A DNA stretch of 64,000 nt from Octopus vulgaris (GCA_951406725.2 OX597822.1:10168001-10232000), one strand, 5' to 3'; shown: positions 27,178 through 41,855, counted from the stretch's first letter. Made by a program: numbers and translations. Notes: generated from the sequence alone by a model not told the origin.

Positions 27178-27749
27178 GGTAGAATTTCTTTAACGTAAAC
27201 TGCACGGAAGCATGTCGTCCACACAACCGCTCACACAAACGCCACACACACACACACATGCACGCACACACCTCTGTCTATATAGATTTATCTCCTCTTC
27301 TCTCCTTCTCTCTCTATCTCTCTGTATACATACATTGCATACGTATATATATATATATTTATATATATAGGTATGTAAGCATGTATGTATGTAAGTATGT
27401 ATGTATGTGTGTATGTATGTATGTATGTATTTATGTATGTATGCATTTATGTATGTATATAAGTATGTATGTATGTATGTATGTATGTATGTATGTATGT
27501 ATGTATGTATGTATGTATCGCTTGCTTCGGTCAGTGAACACAAATCGACTCTGGTACTTATATATTTTTAAAGCCAGATACTTATAGATACTTATTCACG
27601 CGCGCGCATACACATATATATATATTCGTATACACGAGCCAAAAGGTAGTGTTTGCCCCCACTGTAATTTGGGTGTTATCAATTTTAAACCTCTTGAAGT
27701 TGGTTTATTCTGTGCGCCTCTCGGGCCGGATATTTATCTTTCCTTAATC

Positions 27750-27899
27750 CTGGTACTCGTTCTATCGGTTTCTTTTGCCGAACCTCCAGGTTACGGGGAC
27801 ATAAACACCACAGCACCGATTGTCAAGTGGGGATGGGGGACAAACACAGACACACTGATACACATACACACACACACACACACACAAAAACGTACGTGT

Positions 27900-27932
<33 letters not shown>

Positions 27933-28030
27933 CATACGACGGGCTTCTTTCAGTTTCCGTCTACCAAATCCTTTCACAAGGCAATGCGGTTGGGAAGCAA
28001 ACTTCATTCCACAGAGTCACCACTGCGCCT
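27750..28030 (-). mobile_element. SINE family B, partial
   Basis: Same diagnostic motifs. Confidence 0.75.
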
Positions 28031-28139
28031 ACATGTGGACAAATTATGCATTCACGTCCAGACAATGAGACACATGCACATATACTCACACACCCGCATG
28101 CACATACACATGCGCACATACTTCCAAACATGCATACTT

Positions 28140-28594
28140 ACATACATACTTACATACATACATACACATATACGTACGTACATGCATACATACATACATA
28201 AGTACATACATACATACATACATACATAAATACACACATACATGCATACATAAATTCATACATACATACATACATACATACATACATACATAATTCATAC
28301 ATACATACATACATACATACATACATAAATACATACATACATACATAAATACATACATACATACATACATACATACATACATACATACATACATACATAA
28401 ATACATACATACATACATACATACATAAATACATACATACATACATACATAAATACATACATACATACATAAATGCATACATACATACATACATAAATGC
28501 ATACATACATACATACATACATACATACATACATACATACATACATACATACATACATACATACATACATGCATACATTCATACATACATACAT
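28140..28594. repeat. (ACAT)n microsatellite
   Basis: Direct reading. Confidence 0.95.
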
Positions 28595-28611
28595 AGGCAC
28601 GTTCTTGTAAA

Positions 28612-28742
28612 TAGGAGATGTTGAAAAGTTCCTGGTTTTAAGGGTGTCGCGAAAAGCCTGATCAGAGGCCCAATCTTCCGAGTTCTTTTAAAGGGCTTAG
28701 AAAAACTGCAGGACCGCTACAATAAATGTACGAATCATCTTA
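28612..28742 (+). mobile_element. Short mariner-derived remnant
   Basis: TIR-like start (gatgttgaaaagttcctgg) followed by a mariner C-terminal-like FFYKGLEKLQDRYNKC-type peptide. Confidence 0.45.
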
Positions 28743-28744
28743 GA

Positions 28745-30500
28745 GGGTATCGAGCACGAATTGTTTAGTAAGGACAAGAAGAAGCTCCTAGTAGTAGTCC
28801 TTGGCAAGGATGCGGAGCAGGGATGCCCAATCCCTATGTCAGCTATAGAACTGTTCTATAGTGGAAGGCTTTCCACTTCGGGCCCTGAGGTGGATCTCTC
28901 CTACTGTCTTTCCTCCTCCAAAGTGGACAACTGTCCTATTTTGCGACGGTTCTCCGTGGAGGAGGAGAAAATTAATCGGAGACAAATGAATCCTTCCTCA
29001 GCGGCGGGTCCTGATGAACTAAGCGTTCGTGAGGTTAAGTCCATGGACCCCTGTATCCTGGCCAACTTGTGTAACTGCATGTTGCTGGCCGGGAAGGTTC
29101 CCGATATACTGAAGCGAGGAAAATCCGTCCTGATTCCGAAAATATATCGTCAATGGTCGCCAATAGGCCTTCAACACAGTCTCGCATTTGTTTTTGTATG
29201 CGGGACTGCGAAGGCTTAGCTACCGCAACCACGTAATAGTGCTCGTGGAGGGTATCTATGAAAGGAGCACTATCAGATTCTCAGTCGGTGGGCAACCTAG
29301 CGAGCCCATCAAGATTCGGCGTGGTGTTAAGCAAGGGGACGCGCTCTCGCCAATCCTTTTCAACATTGCGACCGATCTGCTGTTAGAAATTTTGTCGGAC
29401 AGCGGAGGTCTGTGTTGAGGGGACTAGAATGGCAGGACTCGCGTAGGCTGACGATTTGGTCCTAGTCGCTGACTCGCGTGATGGTCTCAAGACTGTTGTG
29501 GATAGATGCCTGGAGTTCTATCGCGCAGTCGGGCTAGGTAGAAATATCGGGAAGTGTACGTGATTTTCCATACGTAGCTGGGGCAAGTCCTATTTTGTCA
29601 ACGATAGCACCCCGCCGAGTCTCGATGGTATCGCGATTAAAAAGGTAGAACCGGGAGAGGTGTACTACCTGGGACTTAATGTTCCTACATGCACTTGGAG
29701 CTCGAGTCGGGAATTTGGTTTAGATTCGGTGGAGCAGGTGTCTCTGGATATCGATAAGACTTGCAAGGGTCCATTGAAATTCCGACAGAAATTCCTCTTG
29801 TTTCAACAGTACTACCTTCCGAGACTATCTTATAGTCTTACGCAGGTGCTGCCGTCAAGAGGAATTCTCGAGAGACTTGACAAAGACATCCGTGTAGGAG
29901 GTAGGCGGATTCTTCGTCTCCCGGATACCACTTCTTTCTTATATAGCAGTCGGCGTGATAGCGGGTTCAGTCTACACCAGATGGTGAGGCCGATCCCCAA
30001 ATGTGTCATCTGCCGTAATCTTCGCCTTCTGATTTCGGGATACGCCTCCGTGAAAAAAGATTGCGGATTCTGCAGGATTAGCCGAACAAAATCAGCAATT
30101 GATAGTTTCCTTCGACTTGCTCCCCGTTGAAGCTACCGAAATACGACACTGACATCCGGCTGGTGCACTCCCATACCTGGGCATCCCAGCCGGTACACGG
30201 GTCGTGTGCAGCGGCATTTCGTGGGGGTGCAAATGGCAATAGTTGGATAAGCAGACCGGATGGGATTACGGAGAGGTGCTTCTTGAGTCTTCTCAAGATG
30301 CGCTCAAACGTATTTCCCACCCGAGAGATTTTGACACGTGGGGTCCGAGGGGTCTCCACGTGTCCAAGGTGTAGGGTAGGAGCGGAGACGATTTCTCACG
30401 TGAGTGGAGTTTGTTGAGCTCTTAAAGGTCCAGGACTTGCCAGACACAACAAAATCTGTAATCTGGTAGCGAACGAAGTAGCTGCTGCGTGTCCGAGAAA
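28745..30500 (+). pseudogene. R2/NeSL-group (restriction-like endonuclease type) non-LTR retrotransposon pseudogene
   Basis: SSAAGPD, RRGVKQGDALSPILFN, A*ADDLVLVA, YYLG, CPRCRVGAETISHVSGVC knuckle, RHNKIC; deletions and frameshifts. Confidence 0.85.
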
Positions 30501-31078
30501 GGAAGAATTTGGCGGCGGCGGCGGCCAGGAATCTTATGCAGATATTCACATAGTCACACACAAACGCATATACACACAAGCACACACTCACTCACACACA
30601 CACACGTACACACACACACACACGCGCGCGCGTACACACACGAACACACAAGGATTTTCGTCAGTTTATGTATATTCGTGTATGTATAGATGAAGATATG
30701 TATGAGTGTATATTTCTGTGCGTGAATGTCCGTGTGTGTGTGTGTATGTATCTCTATATGGGTATCTGTTTCTGTGCGTATGTATATATTTTTGTGTGTA
30801 TGTATATGTATGCGTGTGTAAGTGTTGGATTGCACATAAATTATGCGAAATAAATATAAATATTTTTTCTAGTTTGTGTTTCCTTTCTGAAATAAGAAAG
30901 TCAAAAATTAATCTTGATAATCAAGTTATCCTTATCAAAACAGATTTGATAATTATCCGACATGTTACTCCCAAATGAACACCCAACAAATGAAAGTTAT
31001 TGGCAAAACCATTAAGCTGTTCTTAAGGAATTACGCACACTCCGTATCATTTTAGCAGGTGCCACAAGCCTTTTGCCT

Positions 31079-31290
<212 letters not shown>

Positions 31291-32007
31291 ACAAACACAC
31301 ACATACAATACATGTACGAGTACATTGACACACACACACACACTCAGATACAAGCACACAGATACAACACATGCACGGGCACAAATTCACACACCCACAT
31401 ATATATACATACTTACATACATACACACACACATTTGTTTAAATCCATACATATATTTATACATATACATACCCAGAAATACACACGCGCACGCTCGCAC
31501 ACACATTGACACACACACACACACTCAGATACAAGCACAGACATACAACACAAGCACGGATACATATTCTAACCTCCACATATATACATGCTTACATACA
31601 TACACACACACATCAGTTTAAATACATACATATATACTATACATACCTACAGACAGACACACGCAGACACACACGTACAGATGCATCTGGACATACACAC
31701 ACTCACACACAAACGCACACACACAAAACAAGCATACATATATTTATATGTATATATGGCAGCATACACATTTATAAACATATATTATCGCCAGAAGGAG
31801 CACTGGGCCATTAGATTAAATTATCTTAGCAGAAGCCTGTTGTTGTTGTTGTTATTTTCTTTCTGGTAGATTATATATTTTTTCTTTACATCTGCTGATG
31901 TCTTTGTCGTTCGTAATCTCACTTTTGTGTGTGCGTATGTTCGTATATGAGTACCTGCGTGTGTACATATGTTTATATATATGTGTGTGTGTATGTGTGT
32001 ATGTTCG

Positions 32008-32038
<31 letters not shown>

Positions 32039-32280
32039 CATGCACATGCATGCGTTTACTTTTATATTTTCAATATTGTGTTGTAAATGTCCTTAGGCCT
32101 TCCTATCTTGTGACTTAGGGGTTCGGCTGACAGAGCTTGATAGCGAAATAATAATCGTGGGTGACATGACTGACTTGACCCTGAAAAGTTTTGCCCCATC
32201 GAGGCGGAGGTCTGTTCTTTAACACTCATAAAATAGTGATTGTATGTATGTATGTATGTGTGTATTATGTATGTCTGTAC

Positions 32281-32319
<39 letters not shown>

Positions 32320-32417
32320 TGTCTTCTGCTCGTTGTCTGTTTGTTCAATCCTTGAAATACATATATATATAGTTGCCTTTAATATAGTTTTATAATTATA
32401 CTTATAAAATTATATAC

Positions 32418-32519
<102 letters not shown>

Positions 32520-32520
32520 T

Positions 32521-32855
32521 ATTAGGGAAAAAATCCAAACTTACAGGGAAAAATCAGATTTAGGATTAAATCCAATTTTATAGTAAAATATTATATTATA
32601 TTAAATTAGAGATAAAACCACTATTAGCAAATCAAACAATGAAAAACATAAGCTAATACATAAATTAATTAATTTATATTATTTTAAATATATATCAAAA
32701 GTATTAAAAGTTTAATAAAAGATAATATCTTTTATTAAACTTTTAATACTTTTGATTTATATTTAAAATAATATAAATTAATTAATTTTCTGTATTAGCT
32801 TATGTTTTTCATTGTTTGATTTGCCTAATAGTGGTTTTATCTCTAATTTAATATA
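32521..32855. repeat. AT-rich interspersed repeat with a near-spacerless ~128-bp-arm palindrome (32597-32855)
   Basis: Centre at ~32725; terminus (tccaaacttacagggaaaa) shared with ~20345 and ~36278; further copy at ~42570-42857. Confidence 0.8.
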
Positions 32856-32862
32856 TATCTAA

Positions 32863-32926
<64 letters not shown>

Positions 32927-32981
32927 TAGATAGATATCATTTTTATATTAGATATAGTAGACGGCATTTTTCCGATGGTCA

Positions 32982-33042
32982 GATGACTGAAGAGATGGCG
33001 GCGTGGATTCCCACCTCGGCATCTGAAACTCGGAGTTTTATC
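32982..33042 (+). ncRNA. Type I hammerhead ribozyme motif
   Basis: gatga CTGAAGA gatg..gtgg attc ccac..catc t GAAA ctcggag TT ttatc; element flanked by (TA)n on both sides. Confidence 0.65.
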
Positions 33043-33076
33043 ATGGCTACCGAATAATTGTCACATATTACACTTA

Positions 33077-33219
<143 letters not shown>

Positions 33220-33653
33220 ATGTATATGCTTACAAGGTGAGCAAAAGTGTACGTACGCCATTATATGTATATATAATTCCCCAAAATGGAACAAGAACGC
33301 AACTGACGAACAAAAAGACGGACAGGACAAGGCAAGAATGGGGCATTCGTGGTCTTCTCTCCTCAGTCAAGCTTCCAGATTACACTTATAGTTTTGGCCG
33401 GTTACACTTGAGACTGTTGAAATATGGCTGGCCCCACAAATCGAAGTTAAGAGCATCAAATATCAAATGGCCCATCCTTCTTTTGTCCGTATCTCTATTG
33501 TTTTTTTTTCCTGTTCGTCTTCGCATCATCTATATTTACTACCCGGGTATCGGTCAACCGAATTATCCATACTAGGATAATTCATTCAACTACTTAAACA
33601 TTTATATATATATATATATATACATACACACACACACACCCACCCACACCCAC

Positions 33654-33686
<33 letters not shown>

Positions 33687-34224
33687 ACACACATACACAC
33701 GCACTCACATACACACACAGACACAGACACACACACATACACACCCACTCACATACACACACAGACACAGACACACACACAAAGACACACATATATATAT
33801 ACAATTTAAGTGAGATACTTTAAGCAATTTTCCCGTAAGGGATTGTTAATAGCAATCCAGATGCTAACTGCTTATTTTTATCAAGTTCCTCAGTATATAT
33901 GTATAAAGAGTCTCCTAAACTATAAGGTAAATAAAGAAAATGGAGAAGAAAAAACATAATAGATGCTTGGTTCATTTTATTTGTATCACAATGGCAAAGT
34001 AATGCAAATTATTAGGGATACCTACAAGAATAGGTATAAATGGAATCGGATCAACAAAACAACCAAAAGATAACAAACAAAAAAATCCTTCACATGTTTC
34101 AATCCTAACAAGTTTTTGTTTACATGCGAAACTTTCTAAACATTGTCCTCAAATAAGTTACTTCGTAATACAAGACCGGAAAATATACTTACTTTTCATG
34201 TGGTTTACGTTCTGTGACATCCTG

Positions 34225-34261
<37 letters not shown>

Positions 34262-34290
34262 ACACACACATACATACATACATACATACA

Positions 34291-34323
<33 letters not shown>

Positions 34324-34989
34324 CTACAATACATACATACACACACACATATATATAGAGCGACATATTTTCACATCAAGATATATATATATACATCATA
34401 ACGTAGATAGGCAAACATTTTAAAAACGTGTCTGGTGTATATAATATTAAAATGTTAAAATGAAGAAATTGCACGTCGTTAAAAATACCTCGGCAAAACT
34501 TAAGCTTAAATTTGTGAAAAAGTCAAAGGCTTTCTTAAAAGTGAAGTCGAAATATACACTAGCATTGTAATACAAAGTAACTATAAGGTGTAAAGTCAAA
34601 TTCAAATGCGAGTCAAAATTTTCCGAAAGTCAAAATATTTTACCCATATGGTATTTTATCGGTTGACATTTTAAACCTCACGGCGTGCCTGGAAGGCCTA
34701 TTACCAAACGGATATATATTTTAATTAATTAATTAATTATTATTTTTACAACTAATTATTTACCCTGAGTATTCAGGCCTTTTTCTTTCTTCATAAGCTA
34801 TTTTTGATTTAAGGCTTTCTTCGGTTTTATATAATCATTTGATTTTAAACCACAATTTGTTATTTCATGCAGCAGGTTATTGAAAAGACCGTCAGTTGAA
34901 AGGACCAATAAAACAAAACCATTTTCAAATGTATATTTATCAAAGTAATTGTATTTCTGCATATAAGTTTATCTTGCTGCATTCTAAAC

Positions 34990-35035
34990 AAAACTGTCCG
35001 ACGAACGGGAACGAGAAACTCTGAGTAACAGTTTT
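34990..35035 (+). ncRNA. Type I HHR motif with CCGACGA core
   Basis: aaaactgt CCGACGA acg ggaa cga GAAA ctctgag TA acagtttt. Confidence 0.65.
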
Positions 35036-35142
35036 TGTGATATTTTTGCTGCTTTTTAATAAAGCATATTACTCTGCCTCGGGTATTCGAGTACTATTTA
35101 TCCACCTTGTTTCGCATTTATGTGCTTACTCTGGTATATATA

Positions 35143-35700
35143 TAGGGGTTGAAGAAAATAATGAAAACACCTAGCATCATAGCATCATAAGTCTGAAATA
35201 TCTATAGAACCGTCAAAAGCTTGGTTATTTTTATTTGATTTATTATTAGTATTTTGATTTATTATTAGTATTTTGATTTATTATTAGTATTTTGATTTAT
35301 TATTAGTATTTTGATTTATTATTAGTGTTGCCAAATAAAGTTTTGCTAAAATTGCTGTTTCTTTTCATATATCATCAGAAAAAGGTAATTAAAATTCATT
35401 AAAATGACAGATCTATCGGAATTTCAAAGAGGTCAAATTGTTGGTGTTCGTATGGTAGGCGCTAGCGTAACGAAAACAGCCGAAATGTTTGGTGCGTCAA
35501 ATACTGTCTCAAAAGTAATGGGAGCCTTTGAGAAAGAAGGAAAAACCTCCTCGACGAAACAAAACTCCGGAAATAATCCAACACTTTCAGACAGGGACCG
35601 TCGGAATCTTACACGAATTGTTTGAAAGGATCACAAAAGTACAGCTCCCAAAAGTACTACAGGTGTTTAAGGTGTTTCCATTATTTTGTCCAACCGCTGT
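35143..35700 (+). mobile_element. Internally deleted Tc1-like transposon with both TIRs
   Basis: TIRs aggggttgaagaaaataatgaaaacacct / aggtgtttccattattttgtccaaccgct; HTH ORF 35404-35625 MTDLSEFQRGQIVG; 20-bp tandem repeat about 5 times at 35233-35326. Confidence 0.85.
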
Positions 35701-35809
35701 GCATAAATGCATGCATACATGCATGTACACACACATATATACCTATTATATATTAATATTATATATATACTATGTTATGTTATATATTGTTATATGTATA
35801 TATGCTCAG

Positions 35810-36055
35810 ATAGCCACCTTTGCTAGCTATGCAGATGACACAAAAGACTCTCAGACAATACAAAATTCTGCAAAAATTGCGCATCTGCAACGGGAGTTGG
35901 ACGCAATATACAGATGGGCTGAGGACAACAACATGCAGTTTAATGCAGGAAAATTCCAAGGCCTGCGCCCCCCAACATACAACGTTAAATGACACTGACT
36001 CGAGAGGAATTGCAATCTCTGAATCAAAATCAGTGCGTGACCTGGGCATTGATAT
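35810..36055 (+). mobile_element. CR1/L2-group LINE RT fragment
   Basis: ASYADDTK..LQRELDAIYRWAEDNNMQFNAGK..VRDLGI. Confidence 0.85.
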
Positions 36056-36196
36056 CTTATTATTATGACTTGTTCATAATTATAAACGTTTTTTTTCTTT
36101 ATATTTTATGGTATCATATTTGGCCATTGATATATTCATAAATAATATCAATTATTTATAATATATTCTCCATAATGTTTTTTGTATTACTCTCTA

Positions 36197-36254
<58 letters not shown>

Positions 36255-36516
36255 CATATGTATATAATTATTATTTGAGGGAATAAAATCCAAACTTACA
36301 AGGAAAAAGAATTCAATTTAGAAATACTAAATCAAATTCCACGCAATATAATATATAGGATATTAGAAAAAACCCACCTTTTATCAATTCAAAATGAATA
36401 ATTAAATTACACCATCTAGAAAATTACATATAATAGAAAAGTTAAATAAAAATAACAATTAAAAGTAAAGGTTAAATAAATTACAAAAATAATATAATGT
36501 ATATAATAGGTAGAAA

Positions 36517-36603
36517 AACGACAGGTGTTTCGCTGCTATATTTAAGAAATGATTATAGTAGTAGAGAAATCACTTGCATATAAATATAGTCGCTCATCAG
36601 GTT
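36517..36603 (-). ncRNA. Type I hammerhead ribozyme, canonical core
   Basis: aac CTGATGA gcgactatattta..taaatatagcagc GAAA cacctg TC gtt. Confidence 0.75.
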
Positions 36604-36645
36604 AAAATACAATAGAACAGTAAAATAATTAATCAATAAATATAC

Positions 36646-36730
<85 letters not shown>

Positions 36731-37716
36731 AAAATTCTAAATATACATAATTGAAAAATAAAATAACACGTCAATAATTAAATACTTTAAAATTAAATAA
36801 AATATACAAAGCTATTACTAGTTATTAAATTGTAATCAAAATAAGAAATGTTTCAAATATAGACGAACTCCTTACATAAGCTAACCATATAATAAATATA
36901 CATGTGTAATATCTATAGATTTAATATAACAAATTATAACAAAATAGACTAAATATCAAATAATATAATACCTAATTAACTTCAATTTAGTATTACAAAC
37001 ACATAATCCACCTATATACCAAAAATAATATAACATATTATAAAAAAATATATATATATAATAGCGAGTATAATATGTTAATGGAAAGTAAGAAACCTAT
37101 CAACCACAAATGAAAGAAAGGTGCTAAAATATTCAAACCAAAGAACAATATACTATGAAGATGTACAATCACAATCACCAGTTCTCTACCAAACCAGTCA
37201 ATAACAATAATAAAAACGATCAAAGTCAAAATAATAGCAAGAACTAACTAATATTGATAAGTAAACTAAATTACTAAGTTCAACGATTCTGATTAATCTA
37301 TCTAGATTTTAAAAAGATAAGCTTCTAATTAATCAACTCAATCAATTTCATTCATGAAAATACAATCAAAACTTCGAAAAAGTACAAATACTCCCAAATC
37401 CATTATATAAACTCGTTACATTAATATGCATGTATAAACCTATAGATTTAATATATCACACGATAAAAAGTTAAACATAAACATTATATTCAAATAAAAA
37501 CTTGTTTATTTAAAAAAAAAGTACTATTTAATGAAAATATTATCTAATTATAATAATAAATAAAGTCTAACCATTATAAGTTCTCAAGTTAAATGAAATG
37601 TAAAACGTAAAATCTTTTATAACAATTAAACATCCGACGTAAATGATATGTAAAACGTAAAATATTTTATGAAGTATATTTATTAATTAATTATTTTACT
37701 GTTCTATTATATTTTT

Positions 37717-37803
37717 AAACTGATGAGCGACTATATTTATATGCAAGTGATTTCTCTACTACTATAATCATTTCTTAAATATAGCAGCGAAACACCTGTC
37801 GTT
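37717..37803 (+). ncRNA. Type I hammerhead ribozyme, canonical core (inverted copy)
   Basis: Same as 36517-36603 with one stem I mismatch. Confidence 0.7.
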
Positions 37804-39725
37804 TTTCTACCTATTATATACATTATATTATTTTTGTAATTTATTTAACCTTTTCTTTTTAATTGTTATTTTTATTTAACTTTTCTATTATATGTAATTA
37901 TCCAGATGGTGTAATTTAATTATTCATTCGATGCTGTAGTAGGGAATAGAATGAACATCTCAAACTCCCATTCTGAAAATGCACATCATTTATAGCTTCT
38001 CAAAACATAACGGTATTCGTGCGCAATTGTTCAAGAAACCGTCCATGCACTTTCTCTCTAGAAGATGGTTTTGTATAAGATATATTTTGCCTTGTGTTTT
38101 ATTGTCAGCATTCAATGGCTTTCCCTTCTTGGTCTTGTGTAACCGACTATGGTGTGAGAAGGAAAATACTAGGAATGTGGTCCTTTTCTCGAGGTCCCTT
38201 GTAAAATCTTTTAATGCAGTAACTATAACTATTTAGAGAATCTCCAGCCTCGTGGGATAAATAGAGAAAATTATTTTCAGATCAGAAACCTGATTCGAAT
38301 ACTTACAATTGAGTAGACTCTGCTAAAGGCGCCCCAAGTTGGTGCTATTAAACCGAGTCATGGTTTAAGTCAACTAACCAAGTCCAAAGCCCATGGTGGG
38401 ATTTGAGCTCAGAACGTAAAGAACCGGGAGAAATGCTGTAAGGCATCTCGGTCAAACTTCCCTACATTTCCACTGATTCACCAGAATTGATTGGTACATA
38501 ATTTTGTTGAACTCAGAGGATTGAATGCTAAATTTACCTCTGTGGGATTTGAACTCATAGAGGAGAGATCGCGAAGCATTCTCTGCGATGCTCTGTCGAC
38601 TCTTCTAATTCACCGTTTCATGAAATATGGCAGAGAAGGCCGAAGATTTGACCATTTTTTCTGGGGTAATAATATAGAATGGGGAACACATGGAAAGCGA
38701 TTGTTTTTTCTAAGTTAGTGCCTTAGGGCAGAGATCACAAGATATGTGACCATTACGTCTAGAGCAATGCTTTAGAACAAGAAACACCTGATTGCTGACT
38801 GTCCATTCTGGGGGTAAAATTATAGAACCAGGAACACTGGGAATATGACCATCGCTTTTGGGGATAATTTTATAAGTTAGAAAACCCCACAGATGTGAGT
38901 ATTCCTATTGGTGTTGTTATTTAATTGCGTACCATCTTTGAATGATCAGACCTAAAGACAGTCGAACCATGACCATCTTGTATTATTCTCATATTGTATT
39001 TATAACATTATAGGGTAACTTTGTCTAAGATAGAATTTGATTTGAGGGAAATGTGGTTGTGATTTCTAGCAGGTACAACGACCATGTAGAGATTTCCACT
39101 TTGGTTGGTCCAGTTTTGCTAGTATAACTCCTAGGGAGAACATGCAAATCTAACAAACCAAAGGATCATCAGCTTTAGTGTAATTAATTAATTAGCGGTA
39201 ATAAATACTATAGTTCAATGAACACGTGGGTGGGGAATGATCAAATTCTCAGAATTAAAGTAATTTAACAAGAAACACTTGGGATATGGTATGTAGAGCC
39301 CTGATATTTGTGGAACCAATTTAGATCTGGAATCACAGCTTTTTTCAATGTTTTTCTTTCAATGATGTGTGACGGCTTCAACTAATGACGAAAGCTGTTA
39401 TATCGGGTATCCAGTTGCCCTGGAACTTACGTCCTACTAAGAATAAGCTGAAAGTTTTATTGCCGTCTTAGTTATAAGACAATCAAACTTTATTAGAACT
39501 AGTTCTTAATCCAGTGAAAATGATGATGGTTCATTACTGATATTTATATTTTTGATTCCTGAAGTGTAAAGGAGTTTGTCCTGTTTTCTCCCTTTACTTA
39601 AAACCCTCTCAAAGCAGACCCATAGCAAATCCGTAGTACATCCACAAGACAAAAGGTTAAGGAACAGGAGTGGTATTATTCCCATAAAATCAATCAGTCG
39701 ATTAATCAATCTGTCTGTTTCTTAG

Positions 39726-39818
<93 letters not shown>

Positions 39819-39845
39819 ACATACATACATATATACACACAATCA

Positions 39846-40125
39846 CATCATCATCATTGTGGGACCGTGGTCGAGACAATGGAATTTACTATGTTACGCC
39901 AGACTTCACGGTCCATCATAGCATTACGGAGGCCCCGTTGCTGGATGCCTGTATCCCTGGAGATTACATCAGGGTAGGAGGGTGTGCGCCCTCTGGTATC
40001 GCGAGCAGATGGCTTCCAGAGGAGAAGAGTAGAAATTACCTCGTTTTCAGCTCTACAACAATGTCCAGCAAACTGGACTCTCCTACCTGTCACAAGAGAT
40101 GATAGAGGAGGTAATTTCCCATATA
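39846..40125 (-). mobile_element. RTE/RTEX-like LINE 3' end
   Basis: IYGKLPPLSSLVTGRRVQFAGHCCR..LLWKP..AMMDREVWR, stop, short (TGA)n tail. Confidence 0.75.
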
Positions 40126-40285
40126 TTTGTAAATTTAAGAGGCAGATAAGCGAAAAATGGTCATAGAATAATAAACGATGCCACAATTGCAATTTACTAT
40201 AATATACATGATCGGAACGGCAGTCTGGCACATGTTTGGAATTCTTCTTTGGTTCTAGCTTCAGATAGTTAAACATTTATGTTCA

Positions 40286-40447
40286 GGCGCAGGAGTGGCT
40301 GTGTGGTAAGTAGCTTGTTAACCAACCACATGGTTCCGGGTTCAGTCCCACTGCGTGGCATCTTGGGCAAGTGTCTTCTGCTATAGCCCCGGGCCGACCA
40401 ATGCCTTGTGAGTGTATTTGGTAGACGGAAACTGAAAGAAGCCTGTC

Positions 40448-40500
<53 letters not shown>

Positions 40501-40729
40501 TGTGTGTGTATATGTTTGTGTGTCCGTGTTTGTCCCCCTAGCATTGCTTGACAACCGATGCTGGTGTGTTTACGTCCCCGTTACTTAGCGGTTCGGCAAA
40601 GAGACCGATAGAATAAGTACTGGGCTTACAAAGAATAAGTCCCGGGGTCGATTTGCTCGACTAAAGGCGGTGCTCCAGCATGGCCGCAGTCAAATGTCTG
40701 AAACAAGTAAAAGAGTAAAGAGTAAAGAG
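40286..40729 (+). mobile_element. SINE family B, full length
   Basis: A box tggctgtgtggt, B box ggttcagtccc, CORE-like cttgggcaagt, (agagtaa)n tail. Confidence 0.9.
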
Positions 40730-41855
40730 ACTTGCGCTCGAACTACACAAACTCTTCCTTGTTGGCTTCTTGCAACTGGAGTTGTTACTGTTGTTATCAT
40801 CTAGGTCTTTCTTTCTTACTAATTTTTGTTGTAAAGTGATTGTTGGCTAAGTATGTGACATAGCATTGTGTTCTTCCCTTTTTACTAAGTTTGGTAGCGC
40901 GTGGCCTACTGTGTGGTAATGGGCTCACGTGGTTTTGTTTCATGGATTAAGCGACTCTGTATCCATCGTTGCTTCGAAATACTCAGCTGAAAGCGAACAC
41001 TAGATGAGTGCCGGTGCATGTAATTCACAGTTCAGCTGCTGCGTCCTCGATATCCCATTGGTTCTAGAAAAGAATGACTGAGAAAGTGCCTCTGATCACA
41101 ACTACATAGGATCACAACTACAATTAAAAGCATTGTAGATGTAACTAATTCACACTCGCTTGTGATTGACAGCCATGGTATTCTTTATCATGTGTAAACT
41201 GACGGAGTTTGGCTGATATTCCTGGTATGATTCTCTTAAATATAGTTGCTGTAATGTGAGCGTTAATCATTACTGCATCTGTCACACACTCAATACTAAA
41301 CTGTACTAAAGCTTACATTACGGCCATATTATCCCACAAAATTCTTACGCAAATGTCTGTGGCAAGACCCATTGGATCGATTTGTACGGAAACCTATAGG
41401 TATAATTCGTATAAGTCCCAGTGCCATTGCTACATCTACAGGCTGCCAGAAGTTTGGCCCTTATGTAAGTTCTGTAGAGGACTCTGCAGAATATTTGAGG
41501 AGCTGTGTTAAATACGTATACTTGACACTTCATTTCTTCCTTTCTTTCCCATTCTAATGTCTTAAAGTTTCTTATATGAAGCCCCGTTTTTGCGTGAATA
41601 AAATATTGGGAATATGTGGCGCTCATCACATCCTGGAAATCTTAATAGCTATGCAAATGCAACGAATCGCAGCACCCTGCTTTTCACCGCCTGCACCACC
41701 TTCATCGCCTTTATTTATAATTAATTAATAAAAGCCCAAATCTTTACCATGGTTATTACAGCGAGTTTTGTCGCAATGGTGCTGGACGAAACAGTCACAT
41801 CTGGGTTTCATCAGAGTAAGAGAAAGAGCGAGAGACAGAGAGAGAGAGAGAGAGA

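Larger units (their letters stand above)
36394..37927. mobile_element. Element bounded by ~254-bp inverted repeats, each with an HHR (PLE pseudo-LTR-like)
   Basis: Arms 36394-36647 and 37672-37927. Confidence 0.8.

Noticed and set aside
32125-32160. ctgacaga gct tgat agc GAAA tata
   Set aside because: Stem I and NUH site cannot be formed in register
35233-35326. 20-bp repeats resembling an array
   Set aside because: Contiguous tandem repeat with no spacers inside a Tc1 element; not CRISPR
36740-37670. AT-rich stretch resembling mitochondrial DNA
   Set aside because: No recognisable mitochondrial gene, rRNA or tRNA
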